64,000 nt of DNA from a virus, in IMG/VR virus record IMGVR_UViG_3300045988_162372; one strand, given 5' to 3'. This document shows positions 51,773 through 61,674 of the stretch, piece after piece. Positions within the stretch are counted from its first letter, which is position 1. Every line of letters starts with the position of its first letter. The notes under the pieces were generated by a model that saw only the letters and a program-made list of their open reading frames with translations, was not told where the DNA came from and ran no database searches. Made by a program: the position numbers and the translations under genes.

Positions 51773-52969
51773 TCAATCTTGGAAATGCTTTATTCCGCCT
51801 TCATAATCATTTATAGCGCAATCATTTCCCTCACATTCCTCATCCCAAGATTTGAAATGACGAATGGTTGATTTTCCATAATCATCATCTGTTGAAGATG
51901 ATACAAAATCAGGAAAATGGTCTGAAGTCATACTTGTATTACATGAATCCGTAAAAGATTTTCCTATATTATTATTGAACTCATACATTTCTTCAAAACT
52001 TTTCAATGCTTCTGCTATTGTTGTAGTTTCACTGATAAGCTTAGAATGCATAAAGTTATAAAAACTCTCATATTTCTCTTTATTATCCTTTTTCATAGGT
52101 TTATCGTCTTCATTTGTTTTAATATTATATTTTACTTTCAATTCATCATTATATTTTGTATTATTTCTTTCATAATGGCTCAAATATTGTATTATATTCT
52201 GTATTTGTTCTTTCTTTAATTCATTTAATATTTCAGAATTTTCAACAACATCTAAGAACATATGATTCTTTGCATTCCTAACAAATATCCTGCAAAGTTC
52301 GTATTGGGTTATTGTGTCTTCTGGTGCAGTAAAAACGGTTCCAATATTTGACAGAAACGTTTCTATGTCTGGAATGACTTCCTTAACAATCACGGAACTA
52401 TCTCTAACAGTAAAAGCAAAATTGCGTAATAAGCCAAAAATGATGCCAATTTGCGAATAATATAATTCTTGCCATTTTGGAATTGTTAGCTTATTGGATA
52501 CATAATAATCTTTTAACGCTTTATTTAAAAGAACAAATCCCTCCATTTGCTCCCTTATTTTCATATTTAAATCCAAATAGGCTTCTTGTTCTAACTTGCC
52601 ATCTGTCAACATTACTTTAAATGTATAATTATGTATGTAAATGCTCTTAAATCTATATATGTCTTTTCCTTTCCTATAAAATTCAGACATCTTATCAGAA
52701 TTTATTTGCAAAAACATATCATTTTTTTCTTCTGCGAACTTTTCCAATTCGAATTTAATAATTGCAATATGTTCATCTATCTTATTCTCTGTTTCCTTCC
52801 ATAAATGTGATATTTCTACCGTTGAACGTTCAAGTGATGTAAGCTCTCTTTCCTTATATTGAGAGAACAAATCATGATAGAAGTTATCATTGACAAATTC
52901 TTCATAATTAGAAGATGGCTTCGGTATCATAGCCTCCGTACTTGCCATATCATTAAAAATTTCTTCCAT
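51773..52969 (-). CDS. Hypothetical protein
   Basis: The ATG at 52969 (MEEIFNDM) follows a promoter. The track start 53008 would overlap the -7 box. Confidence 0.65.
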   Translation of the reverse strand: MEEIFNDMASTEAMIPKPSSNYEEFVNDNFYHDLFSQYKERELTSLERSTVEISHLWKETENKIDEHIAIIKFELEKFAEEKNDMFLQINSDKMSEFYRKGKDIYRFKSIYIHNYTFKVMLTDGKLEQEAYLDLNMKIREQMEGFVLLNKALKDYYVSNKLTIPKWQELYYSQIGIIFGLLRNFAFTVRDSSVIVKEVIPDIETFLSNIGTVFTAPEDTITQYELCRIFVRNAKNHMFLDVVENSEILNELKKEQIQNIIQYLSHYERNNTKYNDELKVKYNIKTNEDDKPMKKDNKEKYESFYNFMHSKLISETTTIAEALKSFEEMYEFNNNIGKSFTDSCNTSMTSDHFPDFVSSSTDDDYGKSTIRHFKSWDEECEGNDCAINDYEGGIKHFQD

Positions 52970-52997
52970 GTTTAATTGTATTTCTTTTTTTATACTG

Positions 52998-53029
52998 CAA
53001 ATATACAACTTTCCAAACGGACTTCCAAA
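52998..53029 (-). promoter_or_regulatory. Bacteroidota-type promoter (minus strand)
   Basis: The + strand has CAAATATA at 52998-53005, a 20-nt gap, then CAAA at 53026-53029. Confidence 0.65.
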
Positions 53030-53048
53030 TTATTTTGAAGAAATTTAT

Positions 53049-54110
53049 TCAAATTAATGCACTATCATACTCATTTACAACATCAAAAGCTTGTCTGAAC
53101 TCTTTCACTCTATCCATTTCATCGCAATGTGTAAGTTCAAGTTCAAATTTATATCCTTTAGCATCATTGTTTATCCTATTTTTTAAGGATGAGATGTCTA
53201 ATTTGCCATATCTAAAAATACCTTGATTTTCATTATAATGGTTTGTCCTATCCTCTTTTATATCTTTTGATAACTCTTGTCTTTGCGTATGATTTTCCAT
53301 CTCACCATCACCGTGCCTAGTAAGATACGGTCTGGTTACATAATGCGCTGTAACTTCTTCAACGTTCTTAATTTGTTTTACTATTTCCAAAGAATATGCT
53401 ATACCAGTATTAGACGGCGTAGTATCAGCAGTATCTTTCCCTGTATCAGAAAGTAATAATCCTTGACCATTTTCAAAGATTAAGTTCTCATATTCAAGAG
53501 TGTCAATAGGCTGTACAATTGTTTTCTCTTTCATGAAATAACAATCATTGATAAAATGCTTTTGCAGAACTACAGAATTCCAAATAGGTAGCCATGCGCC
53601 TCTTATCGTCAATTCTTTCTCATAGTATGCCTTAACCTTATTAAGATAGGCTATCTTATCGTCTAACCTAATGAACTCATCAAATAATAAATTTAACCCA
53701 CTATTCCATCTTCTTATAGTATTCCAGATTCCCATTCCACAAGAAGCCTTTCTTTTTCTTTGCTGTTCAGAAATAAGGTTTGCCAACGCATCATAAGGAG
53801 TTGACCATCTACATCTTGCATCCCTATATATGCGTTTTGGCTTTACAATGAGTGAATTGTATTCATTCACAAATTGGATAGGGTTAAGAATAAAAAAGCA
53901 AGAATAATAATTGTCAGCACCGTAATATGTTCCAGCTCCAAAATGTTGGAATGTAATATTTCCATCTTCTGTTAATATAGAATGCCCCCTTTGAGAACCC
54001 CCATTAGTAAGGACATTCAATACATTGTTAGAACACTTACTATATCTTGCAACTACAGTACCTTTACCTTCATCACCATAATTTGCTCCAATTACTATCC
54101 TTGCTTTCAT
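53049..54110 (-). CDS. Short adenylosuccinate-synthetase-family protein (PurA/PurZ-like)
   Basis: IVIGANYGDEGKGTVV (the PurA P-loop GDEGKG), NGGSQRGHSI and SCGMGIWNT parallel PurA motifs. At 353 aa it is shorter than bacterial PurA. Confidence 0.65.
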   Translation of the reverse strand: MKARIVIGANYGDEGKGTVVARYSKCSNNVLNVLTNGGSQRGHSILTEDGNITFQHFGAGTYYGADNYYSCFFILNPIQFVNEYNSLIVKPKRIYRDARCRWSTPYDALANLISEQQRKRKASCGMGIWNTIRRWNSGLNLLFDEFIRLDDKIAYLNKVKAYYEKELTIRGAWLPIWNSVVLQKHFINDCYFMKEKTIVQPIDTLEYENLIFENGQGLLLSDTGKDTADTTPSNTGIAYSLEIVKQIKNVEEVTAHYVTRPYLTRHGDGEMENHTQRQELSKDIKEDRTNHYNENQGIFRYGKLDISSLKNRINNDAKGYKFELELTHCDEMDRVKEFRQAFDVVNEYDSALI

Positions 54111-54113
54111 ATA

Positions 54114-54986
54114 TTACCATCTTATTTCATCTTGTTCGTTAATCATTGTTTCAGTCTTACTTACAGATGTTGTATTATTGACTGATTCAGAAATACACTC
54201 TTCAATTGTCTGTGCAAGATTGTTAACAGTTGAAGTCTTGAAATGAGTTCCAAGTAGCTGTCCGAATGTATTCTCAATCTCGTTTTTATGCCACCTATAG
54301 GAATCTCTCGGACTATCTACAGCAATATGGAAAACGTCATACTTTTCGCATACTTGTGAATATAATTCTTTCGTTTCGACATCTTTCTGTTCCGTTCCGT
54401 TAGTTGCAGCATTCAAATTTCTGTAAGGCAAATAAGGATTCAACGGCTCATCACCCATTGTAATGATAATACCCTTTCTTCCTTGCTTTTCAAAGCAATC
54501 CAACTTGGCATGTTTCAACCCCATATACCATGCGGCAGTATAACTTTCGTAGTTATTTCCTCCACCACCATGTTCCATATAAATCTTGTCAAGAGATTCG
54601 GCAATTCTAATATCACTTTCAAACTGTGACATTTGAATAGGTGCATCATCATATGCCAAATCGCCAATACCCATTACACAGAACTCAATATCTGTAAACT
54701 TCTCGTAGAGATTCTTGATAATCACACCAAGAGCCGATGCTACCTCTGAGCAAGCCTCTCCCATTGAACCAGTCACATCCAATGCAAGAATAACTGGAAT
54801 TGTATTGGGATGCTCATCACTATTGCAACACTCCCTGATAGAGAATTTCTTTGGGTCTAATGACTCATCAATTCTTGTGGCTTTATATTCCTGACCACTA
54901 ACTCTACCAGTATCTTTATCATAACTTCTGCCAAGCGAAGTTGAATAAACTGCAAAACTACGACTTGAAAATGAACCTGCTCCCAT
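54114..54986 (-). CDS. von Willebrand factor A (vWA) domain protein
   Basis: VILALDVTGSMG is a MIDAS DxSxS-type motif. Confidence 0.65.
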   Translation of the reverse strand: MGAGSFSSRSFAVYSTSLGRSYDKDTGRVSGQEYKATRIDESLDPKKFSIRECCNSDEHPNTIPVILALDVTGSMGEACSEVASALGVIIKNLYEKFTDIEFCVMGIGDLAYDDAPIQMSQFESDIRIAESLDKIYMEHGGGGNNYESYTAAWYMGLKHAKLDCFEKQGRKGIIITMGDEPLNPYLPYRNLNAATNGTEQKDVETKELYSQVCEKYDVFHIAVDSPRDSYRWHKNEIENTFGQLLGTHFKTSTVNNLAQTIEECISESVNNTTSVSKTETMINEQDEIRW

Positions 54987-55579
54987 TATTCTTCCTCCTC
55001 ACTATCTTCTGTATTATCTTCAACATCAAAATCAAACATCCCTTCAAAAGGATTATTCTTGTTTCCCATAAACATCGACATTGCCATCATCTGTCCAAGC
55101 CCGCTGTTGGTATTGCCTGAATTTCCACCCATCATCTGGCTGAACATCATCATTTTCATCATATTTCCAAGGCCCTTACCGTTCTTGAAGGAATTGCCAA
55201 ACATGGATACAATCTTTCCATAGAAATATGTGCTGCCCATAAAAACATGTCTTTCAGGAACAACCTGACGAACCTCACTGTTTTCGTAATCAATCACTGT
55301 GATAATCTTCTTATCAACGGCAGTAACACACTTAGGCTTGCCACCTACAAGAATAATATCGCCAACTTCTACTTTATTAGTAGGAATAACGAAAAACATT
55401 TCATCACCAACGTTGAAACAGAAATTAGTAACATTGGTAAGCGTTCCTTTTGTTACATTGTAAGTTTTATAACCATTGCTGCACTTGACTGCAATATTAC
55501 CATTCATTGTCAAACGGCACATACCAGGTGCAACCTTTCCAAACATGCCGTTAAAACTACTTTGCAAATTTTCTAACAT
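54986..55579 (-). CDS. Hypothetical protein with Met/Gly-rich low-complexity region and acidic tail
   Basis: GLGNMMKMMMFSQMMGGNSGNTNSGLGQMMAMSMFMG...EDNTEDSEEEE; TAATG overlap with the vWA gene. Confidence 0.6.
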   Translation of the reverse strand: MLENLQSSFNGMFGKVAPGMCRLTMNGNIAVKCSNGYKTYNVTKGTLTNVTNFCFNVGDEMFFVIPTNKVEVGDIILVGGKPKCVTAVDKKIITVIDYENSEVRQVVPERHVFMGSTYFYGKIVSMFGNSFKNGKGLGNMMKMMMFSQMMGGNSGNTNSGLGQMMAMSMFMGNKNNPFEGMFDFDVEDNTEDSEEEE

Positions 55580-55621
55580 AAGTCTTAAATTTTAAGTGTA
55601 TAATTGAATTTTTTATCACTG

Positions 55622-55629
55622 CAAAGATA
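55622..55629 (-). promoter_or_regulatory. -7 box TAtcTTTG (minus strand)
   Basis: The + strand CAAAGATA lies 43 nt upstream of the ATG at 55579. Confidence 0.5.
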
Positions 55630-55684
55630 CTACTTTTCTTTTTTATATCCAAGGTTTTATCTTAAAAAATTGTTAAAAATAACA

Positions 55685-56143
55685 TTATTTTTTAAGAAGA
55701 CTTCCAAGAACTTTGGAAATAATTTTACCGTTTGCTGATGGATATTTTTCTTTAACAATATTCATAAGTGGTTTCATATCTTTCATCGAAAGACTTTCTC
55801 CTGCTTTCTTGGTGAGGATATATGCTGATATACAGCCTCTCGTGTATTCTTCGATTTCTTCATCAGTCGGTTGTTCTGGAACAAACTGTTTGATAACATC
55901 AATTTCTTTTTGCTCATTATCAGCCAAATCCTTTCTTCCACCATCAATATATTGACGAATAGAGTCTTCCCTTTGTGACAGCATTTTCAAAAGAATTTTT
56001 GTTTCAGATATTTCATCCAAAGTAACACCATCTTTTTCTGCTTTTACCATCTCTGATTTAATCAGTTTCAAAACATTAAGCAATTCAATGTTTCTTTCCT
56101 TCATTGCATTTGCAATGAGTTTATCAATTTCTGTGTGTAACAT
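55685..56143 (-). CDS. GatB/YqeY-domain protein
   Basis: 152 aa. LNVLKLIKSEM...SQREDSIRQY..GGRKDLADNEQKEIDVIKQFVP...SMKDMKPLMNIVKEKY..ANGKIISKVL parallels YqeY. Confidence 0.75.
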   Translation of the reverse strand: MLHTEIDKLIANAMKERNIELLNVLKLIKSEMVKAEKDGVTLDEISETKILLKMLSQREDSIRQYIDGGRKDLADNEQKEIDVIKQFVPEQPTDEEIEEYTRGCISAYILTKKAGESLSMKDMKPLMNIVKEKYPSANGKIISKVLGSLLKK

Positions 56144-56157
56144 AATCTTTTTATAAT

Positions 56158-56601
56158 TTAAAAATTAATCGAATAATCTAATTTTGCTCTACTATTAAGA
56201 TGTACAATAATTCTATAATCATTTCTCGCTTCTTTCGGGTAAGTCGTTTTCAGAAATTCTTTTACTTCCTTATTACCAAACAAACAAAGAACCAAAACTC
56301 CACTATCAGTCTTGGGCATTGAATCTTCTTTAAACAGACAGATGAAATTATATTCATCATTAATATTTTCCCTAATATAAGAAGAAATCGGTATTAAAAA
56401 CTTCTTCCCATTTGTTTCAATGATAATACCTTGTTCATAAGGTATTTTTGAGGCATATTTCTTAAGCGATTCATTTTTGTCGTCTCCGATAAAGAAGCAT
56501 AACACATCTTTTCCACTACCTGTCAACTGATAAATTTTTAATTCATTAGATTTACCTGTTGATTCTTCATATTCGTCATAAAAGCAAATATTTGTAAACA
56601 T
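56158..56601 (-). CDS. Hypothetical protein
   Basis: 147-aa ATG ORF. Confidence 0.6.
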   Translation of the reverse strand: MFTNICFYDEYEESTGKSNELKIYQLTGSGKDVLCFFIGDDKNESLKKYASKIPYEQGIIIETNGKKFLIPISSYIRENINDEYNFICLFKEDSMPKTDSGVLVLCLFGNKEVKEFLKTTYPKEARNDYRIIVHLNSRAKLDYSINF

Positions 56602-56626
56602 ATCATATAAATTTTATAATATTTTC

Positions 56627-56794
56627 TCACTTTTTCTTCTTAATTATAGGAAGATTGCCTTGTCTTTTATAATAACACAGATCACACATATTCCTTGCAA
56701 CTGTCATTCTATATCCTCGAATACTATAATAAGTGTTTGTTACATTGCATATAGGGCATTTCCATGCTTTGTGACAATAATCATTTCTTATCAT
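56627..56794 (-). CDS. Hypothetical zinc-ribbon small protein (55 aa; below ORF-track cutoff)
   Basis: Hand translation gives MIRNDYCHKAWKCPICNVTNTYYSIRGYRMTVARNMCDLCYYKRQGNLPIIKKKK. It has CxxC pairs and overlaps the upstream stop. Confidence 0.45.
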   Translation of the reverse strand: MIRNDYCHKAWKCPICNVTNTYYSIRGYRMTVARNMCDLCYYKRQGNLPIIKKKK

Positions 56795-58178
56795 TTTTAA
56801 ATTGTTTAATTTTATTCAATAATTCTTCCTTTGTTATCTTTGGATTGACAAACGCAAATTTCATTAGCCAATACAAACATTCCTTAACCTTTGCGCAGGG
56901 TTCAATTCCTAACGCTTTCATTACATCATTGCCATTTACAGGTAATTTATAGTTTCCCATGCTCATACCTTCCTTCTTAAACTCTTCCAAACGTTTAATA
57001 ATATTCTCTACCTGACTTGGCATACAATATTCAGGACTATGAGCATTGTTATCAGCATCAATCAATTCAAGGCACTTCATCATATTGTCCCCAAGTTCAT
57101 ATTGCATTTTCCTGAGTGTCTTGTCTTTCATATGGTTACAATTATCCCCAAAGTTTTTCGTTCTCATGTGGTTTTTAACCAAAATCTGCACTGTTTTAAT
57201 GAAATCATTGGAATACTTCAAACGTCTGAGAATTGTATCGCACATCTCAGCAGAAACAAGTTCATGCTTATAGAAATGTACATTGCCATTATCATCAACA
57301 GTTCTTGTCTTGATTTTACCGATATCATGCAATAATGCTGCCATACGAAGTTGCAAATCATTCCTTGTATTCTCAACAACTTTCAATGTATGTTCCCAAA
57401 CATCTCCAAAATGGTACTTGTTTTGACTGAGATTATAAGTTTTTTCCAATTCAGGAATAACATATTTCATTGCACCAATGTCTTTTATAAGGTTCAATGC
57501 CATTACAGGATTATCGCAAACAAGCATTTTATTAAATTCATCTTGAATACGTTCTTTGGTAATAATTGAAAGTCTATCCACATTTCTTTTCATACCCTCA
57601 AAGGTTTCTTTCTCTATTTTCCATCCATAACGACTTGAGAAACGACACACCCTAAGTATCCTTAAAGGATCATCCAAAAATATCACGTCGGGTTCACTTG
57701 TTGTTCTAATTATATGATTTTTAATGTCACTATAACCCCTATCAGTTAAATCCAAATATACATTCTTTGAGATATCATAATACAAGGAATTAATTGTTAA
57801 ATCTCTCCGTTTGCAATCCTCTTCAATACTTCCAAATACAACTTCTGGATTACGACTATTTTTATCCTTATATTGTTCCTTTCTTGTCTGCACAACTTCC
57901 AATTCAATATCAGGAAACGCCGCCAATTGAAACATTGCAGTACCGTATGTAGGATATACAACTGGTTCATGTGTGAGCAACTTTTCTTTATATAACCAAT
58001 TGGCAAAGTCAATACCTCCATCAGGCAAATCAATACAAAGGTCAATATCTTTTATTTCGTGTCCTAAAATCTCATCACGGACACATCCACCAACTGCAAA
58101 ACAGTGGTTTTCAAACAAAGTGCCTTCAATAATGTCTTGAAGATAATCACATATCTGTATGTATAATTCGTGTGCCAT
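56781..58178 (-). CDS. cca: tRNA nucleotidyltransferase (CCA-adding enzyme) with HD domain
   Basis: FAVGGCVRDEILGHEIKDIDLCID (GGxVRD...DxD head) and AALLHDIGK (HD). Confidence 0.85.
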   Translation of the reverse strand: MAHELYIQICDYLQDIIEGTLFENHCFAVGGCVRDEILGHEIKDIDLCIDLPDGGIDFANWLYKEKLLTHEPVVYPTYGTAMFQLAAFPDIELEVVQTRKEQYKDKNSRNPEVVFGSIEEDCKRRDLTINSLYYDISKNVYLDLTDRGYSDIKNHIIRTTSEPDVIFLDDPLRILRVCRFSSRYGWKIEKETFEGMKRNVDRLSIITKERIQDEFNKMLVCDNPVMALNLIKDIGAMKYVIPELEKTYNLSQNKYHFGDVWEHTLKVVENTRNDLQLRMAALLHDIGKIKTRTVDDNGNVHFYKHELVSAEMCDTILRRLKYSNDFIKTVQILVKNHMRTKNFGDNCNHMKDKTLRKMQYELGDNMMKCLELIDADNNAHSPEYCMPSQVENIIKRLEEFKKEGMSMGNYKLPVNGNDVMKALGIEPCAKVKECLYWLMKFAFVNPKITKEELLNKIKQFKNDKK

Positions 58179-58210
58179 TATTCTATTATAAAATTTTCAA
58201 TATTGTTACA

Positions 58211-58735
58211 TTATCCACCGTAAACAAATATCACATTATTTTCCCAATCAAATATCTTGTAGATGAACATATAGTTAGCAATTTCTTCAATCCAAGTATA
58301 AGGATAACATATCCTCCACTTATATTCATCAGCAATACGAGTTTCAAACACATGGTTCAATGTATCCAATTCGTATCTGTAACTTCTAACGAGTTCTTCT
58401 TTAACTTTTTCTTCATCCTTATACTTTTCTTTGAATTTCTTTTCTGTATCCATCACATTTCTTACAGCAAGCTCTATAAGATTCTTGAATTGTTCTTTGT
58501 TCATCTTGCCGTAGAAACAATCTTCTTCTATATTTAAACTTGCATTGAATAATCGGCTAACATATTTCTCATCTTCATTCAGAAGAGTTGGCATAAGACT
58601 ATAAGCCGTATCATATAACATTTGTTCTTTATTTAAATCCTCTTCATAAGAAAATAATTCTTCATCAGATTTAACAGTCTGAACTTTATCTGCTAAAGTT
58701 TTAGGTATATTATAAAAACTTAATCTAAATCCCAT
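58211..58735 (-). CDS. Hypothetical protein
   Basis: 174-aa ATG ORF. Confidence 0.6.
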   Translation of the reverse strand: MGFRLSFYNIPKTLADKVQTVKSDEELFSYEEDLNKEQMLYDTAYSLMPTLLNEDEKYVSRLFNASLNIEEDCFYGKMNKEQFKNLIELAVRNVMDTEKKFKEKYKDEEKVKEELVRSYRYELDTLNHVFETRIADEYKWRICYPYTWIEEIANYMFIYKIFDWENNVIFVYGG

Positions 58736-58742
58736 ACATATA

Positions 58743-59069
58743 CTATTTTAAATTCATTGTTCCCCATAACCATTCATTATAGGGAATGTTTTTAGCCTTA
58801 TTAAATTCATCAATATCTTTATAAATTTCTTTTTCATCAATATCATTAGGGACAAATTCAATCTCACACGGTTTTGTAATTGGCCCAAACATATTGCTTT
58901 CAACAATATGGCCAAAATACAAGGGAGCAAAAGCTGCCATTTGTTCAAAAATGACATATTTTGGGTTAGTATCACTAAACATAATATTTTCTTGAATTGG
59001 AATACACCAATGAAATTTGTTGGGCTTTAATCTAAAAACTTTTCCTATATCTTCTGTCGTAAGTATCAT
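58743..59069 (-). CDS. Hypothetical protein
   Basis: 108-aa ATG ORF. Confidence 0.55.
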   Translation of the reverse strand: MILTTEDIGKVFRLKPNKFHWCIPIQENIMFSDTNPKYVIFEQMAAFAPLYFGHIVESNMFGPITKPCEIEFVPNDIDEKEIYKDIDEFNKAKNIPYNEWLWGTMNLK

Positions 59070-59071
59070 GT

Positions 59072-60403
59072 CTATTTCAATTTTAATTGTTCTTTTCTGA
59101 TGTTGATCAGCAAATCATTTACAAATTCAACGTCAATATCTTCTGGGAGAGTAGATGCAGCAATAGCTTCATCCATTACCTTTTTACGTTCATCAAGCAT
59201 TGATATTACTTCATCATACTCATACTTATGATTTTTTACATCAAGCAAAAATTCTCTATCTATTCCACGTCTATTAACTATGAAACCCTTACCTTGTGCA
59301 ATCTCCGTACACATTGCAATAAGTCTGAAAGCATGTGATACATTCTTCGCATCATAATTTTTATTCAAATTGCTTTCATAACGTACTGGATTACGATGTT
59401 TTTCCCAATCTTTATAATCCCGATAATCAATACAATGCTTCTGATAACCTGTCTGATTGTAACTAACCCAACAGATAGGTTTTTCTCCTTTTGAAACAGA
59501 GGAAAGGCGTAGTTCGTTAGACATTCCATCTTCACCTACCATTCCTTTGTAACCAATAGGTATTTGCTTATTGTACCAATTACACAATTGTAAAACATTA
59601 TGTATATCATAAAAATCTCTAATGAAATCCACCAAATTACAGAGCTGTTTTATACGATATTTACGAAGTAAATCCTCATTTTCCCCACTTCCTTTTATTT
59701 CAGCAACAATATCTTTCATTTCATATTTGTATATTTCATTATAAGCGTTGTCTTTCTGAAAGATATTACTCAAAGTAAGTAAATCTATTTCTTCATTTAA
59801 AAAGAAATTTCCCCAATCATAGTAACATCCATACACGTCATGCATATTCGGAATATTCACAAGTCCGCAATATTGCTGTTTCAACCCTCTATGTTCCAAC
59901 CAATTTTTAATGTTGCTACTACCTTGATTGTAAAAGGTATAAACAAAATCAAGAGGCTCAAGACGTTTTGTTACTGGGTTTACAATCTTCTTATTCAAAC
60001 CTCTACACTTGCGTATTTGTTCAACCGCATATCCCCCAAAAGGTTTAAAGCATTGCTTGGTTATGAATTTATCCCTATATTTCTTAAGCTCTGTCATAAT
60101 GGGATGTTCATATAATACTGCATTTCCATCCGCAAACAATGCTTCGAGAACAGTGGGGTTACTCTTAAGTAAAAGTAACATGAATTTGTTTAACTCATAC
60201 CACATAATATCATTAGTTTCATTATGTATCTCACTTTGATAATCCAATCCTAGACCAATAAGTTGCTCTGCTGGTGCTAAGTATACGCCTCCATAGTCTT
60301 CATCGGAAGATGGTGTACTAAGACCATATAAATGTGAACCTCTGCGGAACTCATATAACAATAAACCTTGTTTTTTAATGTCTTCAAATGTATATTTCTT
60401 CAT
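59072..60403 (-). CDS. Pol-beta-superfamily nucleotidyltransferase (PF10127-like, RNA-repair-associated 'RlaP' type)
   Basis: The N-terminus FRRGSHLYGLSTPSSDEDYGGVYLAP is the GSxxYG...SDxD pattern of that family. Confidence 0.6.
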   Translation of the reverse strand: MKKYTFEDIKKQGLLLYEFRRGSHLYGLSTPSSDEDYGGVYLAPAEQLIGLGLDYQSEIHNETNDIMWYELNKFMLLLLKSNPTVLEALFADGNAVLYEHPIMTELKKYRDKFITKQCFKPFGGYAVEQIRKCRGLNKKIVNPVTKRLEPLDFVYTFYNQGSSNIKNWLEHRGLKQQYCGLVNIPNMHDVYGCYYDWGNFFLNEEIDLLTLSNIFQKDNAYNEIYKYEMKDIVAEIKGSGENEDLLRKYRIKQLCNLVDFIRDFYDIHNVLQLCNWYNKQIPIGYKGMVGEDGMSNELRLSSVSKGEKPICWVSYNQTGYQKHCIDYRDYKDWEKHRNPVRYESNLNKNYDAKNVSHAFRLIAMCTEIAQGKGFIVNRRGIDREFLLDVKNHKYEYDEVISMLDERKKVMDEAIAASTLPEDIDVEFVNDLLINIRKEQLKLK

Positions 60404-60406
60404 ATT

Positions 60407-60712
60407 TTAATTCTCTTTTTTAAGTTCTTCGATTTTCTGTTGTAATATTTTCACTTCAAATTCGGCAACATTTAATTTATTTTGTAACCATTCCAATTTA
60501 GATTCTTTTTCTTTACCAACCTCAACAAATATAGCTTCCTCACTATTGATATCCGTGCAAATATATCCTTTGGAATTGACTGGTACAGCATCACAATTGT
60601 CTTCCAACGCACACCCTGCACAACGCCATTCTTCTTCATATGGTTTACAAACCATATAATCTTTTCCATTAAGAGTTATAATATCCCCTATTTTATAATC
60701 TGTTGTTTTCAT
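60407..60712 (-). CDS. Hypothetical protein
   Basis: 101-aa ATG ORF with Cys pairs and a C-terminal coiled coil. Confidence 0.55.
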   Translation of the reverse strand: MKTTDYKIGDIITLNGKDYMVCKPYEEEWRCAGCALEDNCDAVPVNSKGYICTDINSEEAIFVEVGKEKESKLEWLQNKLNVAEFEVKILQQKIEELKKEN

Positions 60713-60730
60713 AATTTTCTAATTCTACCG

Positions 60731-60738
60731 CAAATATA
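60731..60738 (-). promoter_or_regulatory. -7 box TAtaTTTG (minus strand)
   Basis: The + strand CAAATATA lies 19 nt upstream of the ATG at 60712. Confidence 0.45.
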
Positions 60739-60782
60739 CAAAAAAATTCCCATAACTCGAAAATTATAGGAATTAAATTATG

Positions 60783-61172
60783 TTAAAACCAAATATGTAT
60801 TTCGTCATTTCCTTTTTTATCACCTGAATGATAAAAATCTGTCATCTTCCCATTGATTGCACCGTAGCCCATTCCGTCATCTTGGAGTATCAAAGGAACA
60901 GTATCTAGGAGTTCGTTATCATTTTCAATATAAAATCTATCATTTTTCTTATCCTCCTTGAAACCGATATTCATTAACCCTTCTCTTAATGTGATATGAG
61001 GAATTAGAAATCCTTGAAAATCAAAATCAGCTTCAGTTAAATCCTCAACTTTTCTATTACCAAGTTTATAACCGTCTGGATATTTTGCGATTGATTTTTT
61101 TGTTTCCTTAAGCCATTTCGGTTCTTTTTTCTTCTTTTTCTTTTTCATCTCTTTCTTTAATTCTGTAAACAT
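60783..61172 (-). CDS. Hypothetical protein
   Basis: ATG ORF overlapping the upstream gene by 65 nt in a lysine-codon-rich stretch; start uncertain. Confidence 0.5.
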   Translation of the reverse strand: MFTELKKEMKKKKKKKEPKWLKETKKSIAKYPDGYKLGNRKVEDLTEADFDFQGFLIPHITLREGLMNIGFKEDKKNDRFYIENDNELLDTVPLILQDDGMGYGAINGKMTDFYHSGDKKGNDEIHIWF

Positions 61173-61674
61173 AATACTCTGCCATCAATGCCACGCATTC
61201 AGCTTCCAAGTCAATGTTTTGCTCTTTTAATTTCTCACAATCTTCCTGTGTTATATCGTGAATTGTCTTATTGTTTAATACTTCTTTGATTGTGTTATAA
61301 ATATCCAATTCCACTAACTTATTATAATGGTCTTTGGCCATATACTTCAACATCTCAACACAAGTGTTGTCATTGATAATCTTTTCGAAAAAATCAACAT
61401 CAAAGTCATTAATTTCTTTATAATATGGATCCATTATAACTCTCCGAATTATTGGAAAGATTACAACTGAAAAATCACTAAATGGAAAAATATCATCAAC
61501 ATATTTATCTTCATTGATAAGTTTCTTTGCCATTGTATGCATTGCTTTTGCCACACATTTCTTTTTGAAATTATCTTCAATTCTATCCAAAAATCCTAAT
61601 CTGTTCCAAAAATCAACAATTTCCTCGTCTGTATTGCAATCTTCAAATTTTAAATCTTTCACAAGTTCTATCAT
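61108..61674 (-). CDS. Hypothetical protein
   Basis: 188-aa ATG ORF. Confidence 0.6.
   Translation of the reverse strand: MIELVKDLKFEDCNTDEEIVDFWNRLGFLDRIEDNFKKKCVAKAMHTMAKKLINEDKYVDDIFPFSDFSVVIFPIIRRVIMDPYYKEINDFDVDFFEKIINDNTCVEMLKYMAKDHYNKLVELDIYNTIKEVLNNKTIHDITQEDCEKLKEQNIDLEAECVALMAEYYVYRIKERDEKEKEEKRTEMA

Noticed and set aside
53049-54110. Calling the PurA-like gene purZ and inferring a 2-aminoadenine genome.
   Set aside because: The canonical PurA GDEGKG loop is retained, and no DatZ, MazZ or DpoZ candidates are visible in this window. It is kept only as something to test, not as an annotation.
60783-61674. Programmed frameshift across the 65-nt overlap of 61108..61674 and 60783..61172, a lysine-codon and A-rich stretch.
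   Set aside because: There is no heptanucleotide slippery site with a downstream structure. The downstream ORF has its own ATG. An overlap with an uncertain start is the simpler explanation.
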